50,563 bases of DNA from Octopus bimaculoides (lineage: Eukaryota), in assembly GCF_001194135.2 (NCBI RefSeq), contig NC_069006.1:25854515-25905077 (forward strand), written 5' to 3'. How positions within the stretch are numbered: position 1 is the stretch's first letter; every line of letters starts with the position of its first letter. Under the pieces are notes generated by a model. That model saw only the letters and a list, made by a program, of their open reading frames with translations. It was not told the origin of the DNA and did no database searches. The position numbers and the translations under genes are program-made. Positions 1-12,213 of this stretch are shown piece by piece.

Positions 1-324
1 GCTGCCACCACCACCTCTGTTATCTCTGGCCAGCCATAATATATACAGAGAACTATCATCTTAATTCCTTGCTCCCCACTCCATCAACCCCCACGCTCCC
101 CCTGCTAAACAGTTTGAATGGGGATGGAGTGGAGGTGAGGGAGGGATGTGGGGGGGAGAGGAAGCAATGGTGAGAGTCATGGAAGGGATTTGCTTAATGG
201 AGGAGTGACGTTCATAGATTATTAACAGCAACAACAATCAGAACAAGATTAAGAAGAAAGTGTTATAAAAAGGTGAGGGTGGGTGCGAGAGAAGTACTAC
301 AAGTGGTGGTATAGGTGCTAGTAA

Positions 325-620
325 ATTAATGGTGACACTAATGTTTCAGTGGTAGTGTTAGTGTTGATATTGTTTATGTGGTAGTATTTAGTGGTGACAT
401 TAATGTTTGGATGCTGTCTATTAGTGGTGATATTGTTTGGGTGGTAGTATTAGTGCTTGCATTAATGTTCAGGTGGTGGTATTAGTGATAACGTTAATGT
501 TTGGGTGGTGATATTAACGTTTGGGTGATAGTATTGATGGTGACATTATTGTTTGGGTGGTAGTATTGGTGGTGACATTAATGCTTAGGTGATAGTATCT
601 TAGTGATGTTGGCATAACAT
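325..620. repeat. Degenerate ~30-bp minisatellite (TAGTGGTGACATTAATGTTTGGGTGGTAGTAT-like)
   Basis: About 9-10 diverged units. Confidence 0.65.
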
Positions 621-1416
621 AGACAATAATAGTTGGACGTTGTTGACAGAAGAAATCCAATGGTACTTTTGATGACCAAGGGAGGAAGGGGTGTACTTTC
701 ACTTTCACTTTCACTTTGTATAGTGAGTGTTAGGGTAGCAGTAGGAGGAGATGTTTGTGTGTGAAGGAGAGAGAGGGAGAGGCCCAGGCTGAGCAGAAAG
801 ACTGAGACGGTGGGGAGGGGGAGGTATATGAGGAATGCAAGGAGTGAGAGGGGAGGAGGGGAGGGGTACAGTTGAAGGATGAAATTTTGGATGTGGGTAT
901 TTATTATATATACATATAGAAGGGTGAGAATGGAATGAAGGAAACAGAAGATTAGGAGAGAAACAGGTGGGGTATGTGGTGTAGGTGTAAGGGGATGAGA
1001 GGAGGAAGGGGTCAGCGTGTGAGGAATGATTGGTGGTGGTGGTGAGAGGGAGGAAGTGAGGGATGGAGAAACCACTGGTGGTGGTGGTGATTTGCTGAGG
1101 TTAGGGTGAGAATTGATACCTCAAACAACATGGTTATTTATATGTGTGTGTGTGTGTGTTTTCTGTATCAAAACTGAAAGGAGGGGTCGGAGTGTAAGAG
1201 TTGTGTAGCCACCCCACTTGAAGAAGATGAACAAAAGTGGTGGCAGTGGAGATAGTGGTGGTGATGATGGTGATGATGATGATGATGATGGTGGTGGCGG
1301 TGGTGATGGTTTTTGGTGGTGGAGGTGATGATGATGATGGTGATGATTGTTGTGAAGGTGATAGTGATGGTGGTGGTGGTGGTGGTAATGGTGGTGGCTG
1401 TGTAAATTGAAACAAT

Positions 1417-1694
1417 ACAGACCCATCCCCACTCCCTCTTCCACCCCCACCACACCTCCCATTCCCCAATACACTCACCAAGATAGATTCTAAAGGAAAC
1501 TTCTAGAGGTGTGTGTATAGGGGTGGAGCTGGGGGGGGGGTCACGGACCGNNNNNNNNNNACAGACCCATCCCCACTCCCTCTTCCACCCCCACCACACC
1601 TCCCATTCCCCAATACACTCACCAAGATAGATTCTAAAGGAAACTTCTAGAGGTGTGTGTATAGGGGTGGAGCTGGGGGGGGGGTCACGGACCG
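1417..1694. other. 134-bp exact duplication across a 10-N gap; probable assembly artefact
   Basis: 1417-1550 is identical to 1561-1694, separated only by the 10 Ns. Confidence 0.85.
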
Positions 1695-2276
1695 ATGGCG
1701 ATGGTGCTTGCCCAGTGGATAAAGGAGTTTAGTGAAGTTGTTCACAGGAATGGCTTGCAACGCTGCCAGTCACTGGGTCCTGCCATTGTAGGGCATCCAA
1801 CTCTCCTTCCATTCTCCTTCCATTCCATTCCATTCCATTCCACCACATCATAAGAGCCACTGACTCACCTCCATTCACTGCCGTCTCTTATGCCTACTGT
1901 TGCCACCAACATCATCATCACCACCACCACCATCATCATCATTATAGTCAACAATAGAAAGAACAATGTCACAACTACTGCCCCAGTCACCAAGTTGTTG
2001 TTTCAGCAGCAACACCACTTAACAACTACAGCACAAACTGCTTTTCTCTCTTTTCTTTGTCCCAGTACTAACAGAAAGTAACAAAACCACCACCACTATT
2101 GTCGATACCATTAATACCACTGTACCAACACCACCACTACCACCATCATCACAGTAACTCTTCTATTATCATCACCATCACCTCCACTTTCTCCACCACC
2201 ACCGCCACCACTACCAGCATCGGACTCATTTTTGGCAAGAAGCATACCAGAGGCTGCTAAGAGGGAAAAGGAGAGA

Positions 2277-2308
<32 letters not shown>

Positions 2309-3505
2309 AGGATGGGGATGCTGGACGGCGGGGTGCTGTGACAAAGTGTTGTCGACAGAAGATGCATCACAGATACTGCAACTTGTAGCATAGACATAAC
2401 TTCGTTGGGTTGATTTGCACAAAGTGTTGCAACTTTGCATCACAACTGCACCATAAGTTAACTGCACTTTAACTACAAACAAACACCCCTTCTTCAACTC
2501 CCTTCACACACACACACACACACACATGCACACACACACACGCACACACACACATGTTGATATATCTATACATATATCAATGCATGTGTATTATATATTT
2601 ACTGCAAATCTCTTCCTATAGACACACATATACACTCCCTCATATGTGCACAAATATATGTGTGTACACACATATATATACATGTGCATATCAATGTGCA
2701 CTAACATAGAAAAATACTGAAAAAAAATAACATACTTTCTTAATATTATAAACATACAGTTATACATTAATTATAATATACACACTAATACACACATACA
2801 CACACACATAATATATATTGTGCAAATATTTACTAACCCTCTAACAGTTTTTCTCTGTCTACATACCTTTATTCCATCTCACCCTCAACCCCACACACTC
2901 TTTCCACCTGTCTGTCTCCTCTCTCCCTCTCTCTCTGTCTCTTTACATCTCTCTTTCTCTTTCCTCCATCTGCATATACATTCATATCAATAAGACTATT
3001 TTTACAAACTTTCACATTGTTGAAATGATGAGAAAAGACTATCTCTCTTGGAAAACATGTAAGTGCCACCAGCTTTTTGTTCCTCCCCATCTGTCAGACT
3101 CCCTGCTCCTATCCCAACTCCATGCAGTGGACCATTATTGATTGAATTTGGCCTTTCTTTACTTTGCTAAACACATTCCTGCCTTCTGTTGCTATTTCAA
3201 ACTGCTTTTGTTGTTTACAAGTGTTCAAACACTTGAAGACAAGCTGTGTGATGCATGTACAATAAGGGTGGAGGGAAACACAAAAAAATGCTTTCTTTTA
3301 TTTATGATTACAAATTGTGTAATTGTGTTTGTATAGCATATATATACTTGTATACACACCACACACACACACACACACACACACATAACTATATGCATAT
3401 ATGCATAGATATATGTATATACATGTATATATTTATACATGTGTGTGTGTCTGTGTGTATGAGATCATAACATTAGTTTGAATTTCTCTTTTCCTCATAT
3501 TAATT

Positions 3506-3570
<65 letters not shown>

Positions 3571-3603
3571 CACACACACACACATATATATATATATATG
3601 TAT

Positions 3604-3634
<31 letters not shown>

Positions 3635-3945
3635 CATACACTTGTGCTTATATATAGATATATATCATAGTAATTAATATGGGGAAAAGACAAATTCTAA
3701 TTGATGTTATGATTGTTTCAGTAAACAAACAATTTTTAAAATTCTATACCCCATTCATAGATATGTAATAAAGGCATTGCATCTAATACGCTATAAAATA
3801 AAATAATTATCATTGTTTGTGCACCTCATCAGACATTATTATTTGCAGCAATCAATTTTTAAGTTTTAATTTGAAAATATTGACTTGTTATAAATCTATA
3901 TTGCAATGCAATATAGATTTATGTCACTTTATTGGTGTGTATGCA

Positions 3946-4015
<70 letters not shown>

Positions 4016-4423
4016 CATATACATATACATGTGTGTGTGGTGTGTGCATAAGCTAATCATTTCTATGTATTCAAATGCTTCCGGAAAGAAGCATACACTT
4101 CATTGTAATGGCTTTGAGGAAGCAGTAAGATGCTGCACAAGCACTCAGCTCAGAGTGCACAGCATCTGATAACAGAAACAACTGTAAGCTAATAAAGTTG
4201 ATTAGATAATTCCTGTTCGATTGTCATCTAATAATTTATATCATACTCAGCACTTTTCTAACACTGTATTCTGAAGCATATGTATAATGACTTAAATATT
4301 GCTAGGCCTAAAACAAATCATAAAATATATACATACATATATATACACACATACATGCACCCATATACAAGCACACATGCATGCACACCTACACGCACAT
4401 AAATACATGTACAAATTCATATA

Positions 4424-4478
<55 letters not shown>

Positions 4479-5018
4479 GCACACACACTTTTGTTTTTTG
4501 AACAAAACTTTGTTTGAGCCCTTGTATAAACATCAATGCTAAGCCAAGCCTATAAATAGAGGCATGCGCACACATACACACAGACAGGCAGACAGGCACA
4601 CACACACACAAACACATTTCATTGACACATATACATATGCATACACACAATTTTATTTATTTTTTTTGCATTCATTCATATATATCTTCAAAGGCATCAC
4701 AATATATTTTAATTTTATATGCATATTTGATTACATAAAAATACATATATTCCTCAATTAAACAGATATACATTCATATATGCACATATCTACTATTGAA
4801 TATCAATATTTCATATTTATATATGTGTGTGTGTGTGTGTGTGTAAAGGCACTGTGGTGAATATATACAAACACACACACACATATATATAATTGACACC
4901 CGCATATGTTCTCATATATGCAGGAATTTTAAAGTGATTCTGTCTGAATTCTCTGAAATAGTCTGAATTTTTGCTTCATAGAAAATAATTGTTTTGTTGA
5001 TGCTGTTGTTGCTGTTGA

Positions 5019-5049
<31 letters not shown>

Positions 5050-5177
5050 ATTGGTGGTATTGTTGTTCCTGTTGATCATGTTCACAGTTCAAATCTCATT
5101 CAAGCATGCATTTTGTATTTTTTTTTTGTTACTTTCACAAACTCATATATTTTTGTATTCTCAGTTTTGTGTGTGTA

Positions 5178-5213
<36 letters not shown>

Positions 5214-5319
5214 TGCATATGTGTGTGTTTGTGTATATGTGTGTGTGTATGTGTGTGTATATGTATATGAGTATATGTATATGTGTATATGTAGGTATAT
5301 ATGTATGTATATGTATATA

Positions 5320-5429
<110 letters not shown>

Positions 5430-6720
5430 TATATATATATATGTATGTGTACGTATATATGTATGACACATGCATGCATGTATGTATGTGTATATGTATG
5501 TATGTTTGTATACACATGCATATACACACAAAATGTGTGCGTGTCTATGTGACATGTGGATAATATATTCATGCGCAAGTATAATTTTTGTTTTTCTTCA
5601 AATGCCTTCCTCCAAGATAATTTACTGGAATCTGTGACTGTTAAGAATGTCTGTTGCCAATTTCCTGGTGATGTCATCAGGTTGTTTAGAAGCCATGCCG
5701 CCTTTCCAACAGGCAGCATAAACTGCATTCACAGATCACAATTGATTAGAAAAACTATGAATAAGCGAGGGAAAGAGGCTGTGAGGCTGCATAATGTGTG
5801 AACCAGCTGTGGAATGTAGTGGCCATCCAATACAATTGCTTGCTAGATTCATTTACTCACTGATTGACTATGTGCCCCCCCTCCCTTTCACTTTCACTTT
5901 CACTTTCACAGCAATTTCCCTGTCATACTTAATTTTTCACTGCAGACATATTCGCTCTTTCTCTAACACTTGAAATATTTATTAAATCATTAGGCAAATA
6001 GTTTCTTTTCAAATATACAAAAATATAAATAGATAAATAAGAAAACAAACAAGCAACAACAACAATAATGAGCCCCAACAAAGCTTGGAGGCTACTTTGG
6101 AAATTTCGTTNNNNNNNNNNNNNNNNNNNNNNNNNNNNNNNNNNNNNNNNNNNNNNNNNNNNNNNNNNNNNNNNNNNNNNNNNNNNNNNNNNNNNNNNNN
6201 NNNNNNNNNNNNNNNNNNNNNNNNNNNNNNNNNNNNNNNNNNNNNNNNNNNNNNNNNNNNNNNNNNNNNNNNNNNNNNNNNNNNNNNNNNNNNNNNNNNN
6301 NNNNNNNNNNNNNNNNNNNNNNNNNNNNNNNNNNNNNNNNNNNNNNNNNNNNNNNNNNNNNNNNNNNNNNNNNNNNNNNNNNNNNNNNNNNNNNNNNNNN
6401 NNNNNNNNNNNNNNNNNNNNNNNNNNNNNNNNNNNNNNNNNNNNNNNNNNNNNNNNNNNNNNNNNNNNNNNNNNNNNNNNNNNNNNNNNNNNNNNNNNNN
6501 NNNNNNNNNNNNNNNNNNNNNNNNNNNNNNNNNNNNNNNNNNNNNNNNNNNNNNNNNNNNNNNNNNNNNNNNNNNNNNNNNNNNNNNNNNNNNNNNNNNN
6601 NNNNNNNNNNNNNNNNNNNNNNNNNNNNNNNNNNNNNNNNNNNNNNNNNNNNNNNNNNNNNNNNNNNNNNNNNNNNNNNNNNNNNNNNNNNNNNNNNNNN
6701 NNNNNNNNNNNNNNNNNNNN

Positions 6721-7051
6721 ACCACCCCTGATATCACAACGGCAACAATACCCACAAGTACTGCCTCTCAGCATCCTCATCAGTATAGCTACCATTGCTA
6801 CCACAACGACAACAACGATAACAACCACAAGTACCACCACCACCACCACCACCACCACTACAAAACTCACACATATGACGACGACCACCACCACCACCAC
6901 TACAACAGCTACTACCACCCCTGATATCACAACGGCAACAATACCCACAAGTACTGCCTCTCAGCATCCTCATCAGTATAGCTACCATTGCTACCACAAC
7001 GACAACAACGATAACAACCACAAGTACCACCACCACCACCACCACCACCAC
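6721..7051. repeat. 193-bp-period tandem repeat (138 bp identical: 6721-6858 and 6914-7051) abutting a gap
   Basis: Direct comparison of the two copies; ACC/ACA-rich. Confidence 0.85.
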
Positions 7052-7179
7052 ATTTGGTATTCTAGCAACAACATTGCCGTTATGATGTGTGGTTTCCAGA
7101 ACATTCCAGTTAACCTCCTACTCATTATTCACTAACTGTTAGTCCTGTCTACAATCATTAAGACCTGAAGTGGGTTTAG

Positions 7180-7330
7180 GGGCATGAGTATGGGTTGTAG
7201 TTCAAAAGTTCACCTTGTGAACATGCAGCCCCTGGTTCAGTCCTTGGGCAAGCGTTTTCTACAATGGCCTTGCATTGACGAAACAGCTTTGAGTGAAATT
7301 TGTTCTCCAGAAACTGTCTAGGAATCTGTT
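7180..7330 (+). mobile_element. SINE family A, degenerate 5' half
   Basis: GGTTCAGTCCTTGGGCAAGCGTTTTCTACAATGGCC...GAGTGAAATTTG. Confidence 0.55.
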
Positions 7331-7775
7331 ATACTATTGTATGGGCCTCACAGAGGCAAAGTGGTTGAGTTCTTTTCAAGTGTTGGGCCTCATGGAGGCA
7401 ATGATCATTGTTATTCTGGCTATGCAAGGACTACTCGATGCTGTTTTCAGGAATAGTGTATCTCGGACTGTGTTATTTGGTGCATTCTTGCATTTTTCTT
7501 TTCCAGATGGTAGATGATGTGTTTTGAAAGGGATTTAAATGCTATTTCTAGCAGGTTGAGGAACCACGCAGGGGCTCCTTTCATTGGACATGTTTCTTTA
7601 TTTCTTAAAGTAAACAAACAAACAATGATTGCAGAATATAAATAATCAAGTGGCGCCACACCGTTATTGTATGTTCTGTTTGTTGGGAAGAAAAATATCG
7701 AAATCAAGTTTCCTTATATGTTCTGTGCTGACGTTAGTAAATATTCGTCTGGTAATATTCATTTATATATGTCTA

Positions 7776-7841
<66 letters not shown>

Positions 7842-8479
7842 CATGCACACACACACACACACTACATATACCTGATAAGGATAATATATACACACACACA
7901 TTATACATAACTGATGAGGATAATATTATATGTGTGTGTGTGTGTGTCTACATTTGAGTGTGTGTGTGTATATGTGTTTGTCTATATATGTGTGCATGTG
8001 TGTAAGTATGTGTGTGTATATATATGTATGTATATAATACACACACACGCATGATGATGATATATATAGACAGAGTGAGAAGATAGAATTGAAACATATT
8101 TCCACCATTGTGCATTTTTATGCATGCAAAAAAAAAAAGAATTACCACTTAATGTTATATTTTTCGTTTCAACTGCCAATTCCATTGTTAATATTTTTCT
8201 GCTGAAACACTCTCAGCGCTGCCAATCTCTAGACATATTCTAAGCTCTGTTAACATTGCAGGAAGTGCTTCGAAGCAGCAGTCAACACAACTATTTTGAA
8301 ATAATAACCAGGAATTCTATCACTTTTTTTCTTTTTTTCCTTGTAAAAAGAAGCTGGATTCTATGCTGGATACCATTTTATTTATCATCTAAAAGTAACC
8401 GCTTGTTATCGGTAAATGTTCTTTCTTTAGTTTCATGCAATAATTGTATTTCTGTTTCGGCTGTCTTTGAAAGTCTACA

Positions 8480-8620
8480 CATGGCGTGGCTGTTTGGTTT
8501 AGGAAATTTGCTTTGCAACCATTTAGCTTTCGGTTCAGTCCTGTTGCATGGCACCGTGGGCAAGTGTCTTCTATTATAGTCTTGATGGCAAACCAACGCC
8601 TTCTGAGTGAAATCAGTTAC
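8480..8620 (+). mobile_element. SINE family A, 5' half
   Basis: GGCGTGGCTGTTTGG...GGTTCAGTCCTGTTGCATGGCACCGTGGGCAAGTGTCTTCTATTATAG. Confidence 0.75.
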
Positions 8621-9093
8621 CAAAAACATTGTGGAAGCTTGTCTTATGTGTGTATTGGTATGTGTGTGTTGGTGTGTGTGTGTGTGTGTGTGTGTGTTTA
8701 TGTGTGTCTTTACATTAAAAGAAATGATATCTTTTGTTATTTCCTGTACTTTAGCCGTATAGAGAATAGATCAATAAATATCAGACTTATAAATAGATCA
8801 ATAAGTAAGTCTGGGGTTGGGACTGGAACAAGACAGAATCTATGTGTGTGTGAAAGAGAGAGAGAGAGAGAGATGGTATGGGGCAACCATTCTTGTTTAA
8901 TGTCTTGCTTTTCTCTACACTCATTAACAAACATAAATACAAACTACCATGGACCCTATTTGTAATCAGCTGACATGCTAGAAATAGCAAGGAAATTGCC
9001 CTCAAATCACTTTATTGTCTGAAAAGTGGATAAAGTTGTCAAAAAACCAAAAAAAATCTTCAATCAGCGTAAACAACCTCCACCTGCTCTAGG

Positions 9094-9253
9094 CTTTCCA
9101 TCACCAGTTTCCATCTATCAAATCCACTCACAAGGCTTTGGTCAGCCCAAGGCTGTAGTTGAAGACATTTGTCCAAGGTGCCATGCAGTAGGACTGAACC
9201 CAGAACCATGTGGTTGGAAAACAAGCTTCTTACCATATAGCCATGCCTATGCC
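9094..9253 (-). mobile_element. SINE family A, 5' half
   Basis: CAGTTTCCATCTATCAAATCCACTCACAAGGCTTTGG...GGACTGAACCCAGAACCATGTGGTTGG...CTTCTTACCA. Confidence 0.8.
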
Positions 9254-10559
9254 TATTACTGTAATTAATAAACATTGTTAATAGTCATCTCCTAAAACAA
9301 AACAAAAGCTTTAATTCTCCTTTTGTTTTTTTTTTCATTCTTAATTTATATTGTTTGGCAATTTAAACCTTCATCTTGATTCTATTCTAAACCCTTCCAC
9401 CCCCCTCCATCGAACCTCTCCTCTACCCCTTCCCCTGCATTCTTTACCCCTTCCTCATTTCCTCTCCCTACTTCTCATTCTTTTTGTATTTGTTCACCCA
9501 GTCTTGCTCTCTTCTCTCTCTCTCTCCCCCTCGCTCTCCCCTTCTTGTTTTCAACACTAACTTCTCCCGCTCTCCTCTCTCTCCCATATTCTCTTCACTT
9601 CCCACCGTCANNNNNNNNNNAACTGATCCCTCTTTCAAGTATTTCTTTATTCAGTTCAATTTCTTTGTCTTTTAAAAAAAAAAAAAAACATTTCCAATTG
9701 AAACGCAAACAAAAATCTTTGTTAAATTTGCATACAAACCCAAAATACACCCCCCTCGCACTTAATGTGTTGCTAAATGGAAAATTCTAATATACCTGAC
9801 AAATTATTACTCCAACAATTGTCAATTTACATATGAAAGGCAGATTTTTCGTAGGAAAACCTTTAATTTTCAATTATTTAACTGCATAAACTATTACCCT
9901 GGACCTTTCTGGATTTTATTGGCAGAATTACCAAATAATGTTTGAATAAATGGAAATAATGTTGACACTCCTTGGTATTTGGATGCTAAAACAGTAGACG
10001 GAGGTTTTAGATGCTTGAATTATCAATGACTGCATTTTGTCTTATTTATTTTATATCGCAATTGCACAACAATAATACTGTATGCTAGAAGCATACAGAT
10101 CAATGTTATTTATATATCATGGAAACATGTCGTGTAAACATTCCTTGCATCATTTCACATGGAATTTTTTGTCTTCCAAAGTTCTTTAGGTGTTTAAGTT
10201 GACCTGCTTTTTTTTGGCAATAAACGTGTCACCTTATTTTGTGGAGAAGAACAAAGAAGGAGGAGACGGAAAAAGAAGAAAAAACTCGCAAATATACATC
10301 AATGTTGAGAACCCACAGTTTTTCTTGAGTGAAATGATGAATGTTGTTTACATTCCTTGTTACTGTGGTAACTGGTCACTCTGTGCTTTATATGGCACCA
10401 GCACCAATGCGTTTTACATGGTACCAGCACCGATAGAATCACCAAGCAACAATTTAAGGTGGCGAGCTAGCAGAAACGTTAGCAGAACGTAACGGCAGAC
10501 CTCAGTGGAATTTGAACTCAGAATACCACTAAGCATTTCACCCAGTGTGCTAATGATTC

Positions 10560-10780
10560 TTTTCTACTCTAGGCACAAGGCCCGAAATTTTGGGGGAGGG
10601 TTGCCAGTCAATTAGATTGACCCCAGTACCAGTATGCAACTGGTACTTCATTTATTGACCCCGGGAGGATGAAAGGTGAAGTCGACCTCGGCAGAATTTG
10701 AACTCAGAACGTAAAGACAGATGAAATACTGTTAAGCATTTTGCCCAACATGCTAATGATTCTACCCAGCTTGCTGCCTT
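10560..10780 (-). mobile_element. SINE family B (tRNA-like head + Nin/Deu-like CTTTCATCCT...GTCGATAAAT.AGTACCAG domain), full-length
   Basis: Minus strand: AAGGCAGCAAGCTGGG...GAGTTCAAATTCTGCCGAGGTCGAC...CCTTGTGCCTAGAGTAGAAA; many related copies in the window. Confidence 0.8.
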
Positions 10781-11784
10781 CTTGCTGTTTTAATAATAAT
10801 AATAATAACAATATAATTAACCATTTCACTAAATTCCTTCAAACCTTTGATGATTTTTCAAAATTAATTAAAACACAAAAATATTGCAATTTCATTAAAA
10901 CTCTGGCCATGAGGAGTTTAAGATAACGACTTGATTGTTTTTCATGTTTTAACTCTGTCTGAGACAATTTGCTGTGAATCACTTCAGAAATTTCATGCTT
11001 ATTAACCTCTTAATGTGAGCGTATATGTTTCTGCTACTTATAGCCACAGATATAAAAATTATCAATATACAATCTAAAGATGAGGTTAATTACTCTAAAA
11101 TTCTCTTCATTAAAATTATAATCATTAAATTATAATTATATTAAAATGATAATTATTAACTTTGTTGAATGTGGTAGCTTGGCCGAGTGGTTAGAGAACT
11201 GGACAAAATGATGGCAAGTATTGGTTTTGGTGTTTTATGTACTCAGTTCAAACCCTAATGAGGTCACCTTTGGTTGTATTGTGGCGGATGCCCCCGGGTG
11301 AGAAGTGGGCTGGTCCACTAATAATAAATAGTGGACTGACACAGTCAGTAATACAGCGAGTTATGCTGTTGAGGCCAGTATTGCAGTGTCATGATGGTAG
11401 GGAAACTCAGCTGCTGTTTCCAGCAAGTTGAACAACCACATAGAGGCTGCCCTCTTCTTCTGCAAAGAAGAAATTCAATGCCAAGACGTTGTTAATTGTT
11501 TTTATCTCAGTGGAAATGTTAGACGAGAGAGCAATTAGTCATCGTTGGCCAACAGAGCTGCAACGTCAGCAGCTTTGAATATAAAACAGAAAGTTGTTCT
11601 TCTATGAATTTAGAGAAAACTTAATCAATAAAAAAGAAGACATGGCTTTGGAGAGAAAAGGGGTTTCTTGTGCTTTTATGTGGCTGGTTCCAGCCTTAAA
11701 CCCTTTCACCTTCGGTTGACCAAAGTCTTTTGTGTGAAGCTGGGTCAATGGCATCTAGGGTGGAAACCTTGCGAATGGATTTTA

Positions 11785-12213
11785 ATATCTTTTACTCTCT
11801 TACTCATTTCGGTCATTAGACTGTGGCCATGCTGGGACACTGCCTTGAAGAATTTTTGGTCAAATGAATCAACCACAGAACATTTTCCTTTTTTTTTTTT
11901 AATTCTAGCTGGTACTTACTCTGTTGTTCCATTATGCTGAACCTCTAAGTTACTGGGGTCTAAGCATACTGACACTGGTTGTCGAGTGACGGAGGGGCAC
12001 AAACACAGACACAAAGTGACTCTCACACACACACACTCACACTCACACACACAAACTCACGATGGGTTTCTTTCAGTTTCCACCAACCAAATCCACTCAC
12101 AAGACTTTGGTTGGCCCAAGGCTATAGTAGGAAGCACTTGCCCAAAGTGCCACGCAGTGGGACTGAACCTGGGAGCCATGTGTTCAGGAAGCAAACTTCT
12201 TACCACACAGCTG
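11785..12213 (-). mobile_element. SINE family A (tRNA head + CORE-like CCTTGGGCAAGT + central CA tract), near full-length; resembles octopus OR2-type SINE
   Basis: Minus strand: GCTGTGTGGTAAGAAGTTTGCTTCC...GGTTCAGTCCCACTGCGTGGCACTTTGGGCAAGTGC...GGAAACTGAAAGAAACCC, then (TG)n, then 3' part ending CCAGCATGGCCACAGTC. More than 12 related copies in the window. The family name is from memory. Confidence 0.8.

Noticed and set aside
1417-1694. Apparent 134-bp tandem duplication
   Set aside because: Exact copies separated only by a 10-N spacer; typical unmerged contig overlap.
578-2497. Pro/His/Thr-rich ORFs
   Set aside because: Degenerate GGT/GAT trinucleotide repeats; no splice or domain support.
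5560-5830. Possible transposase or RT remnant in unique sequence
   Set aside because: No frame gave a motif I could match convincingly.
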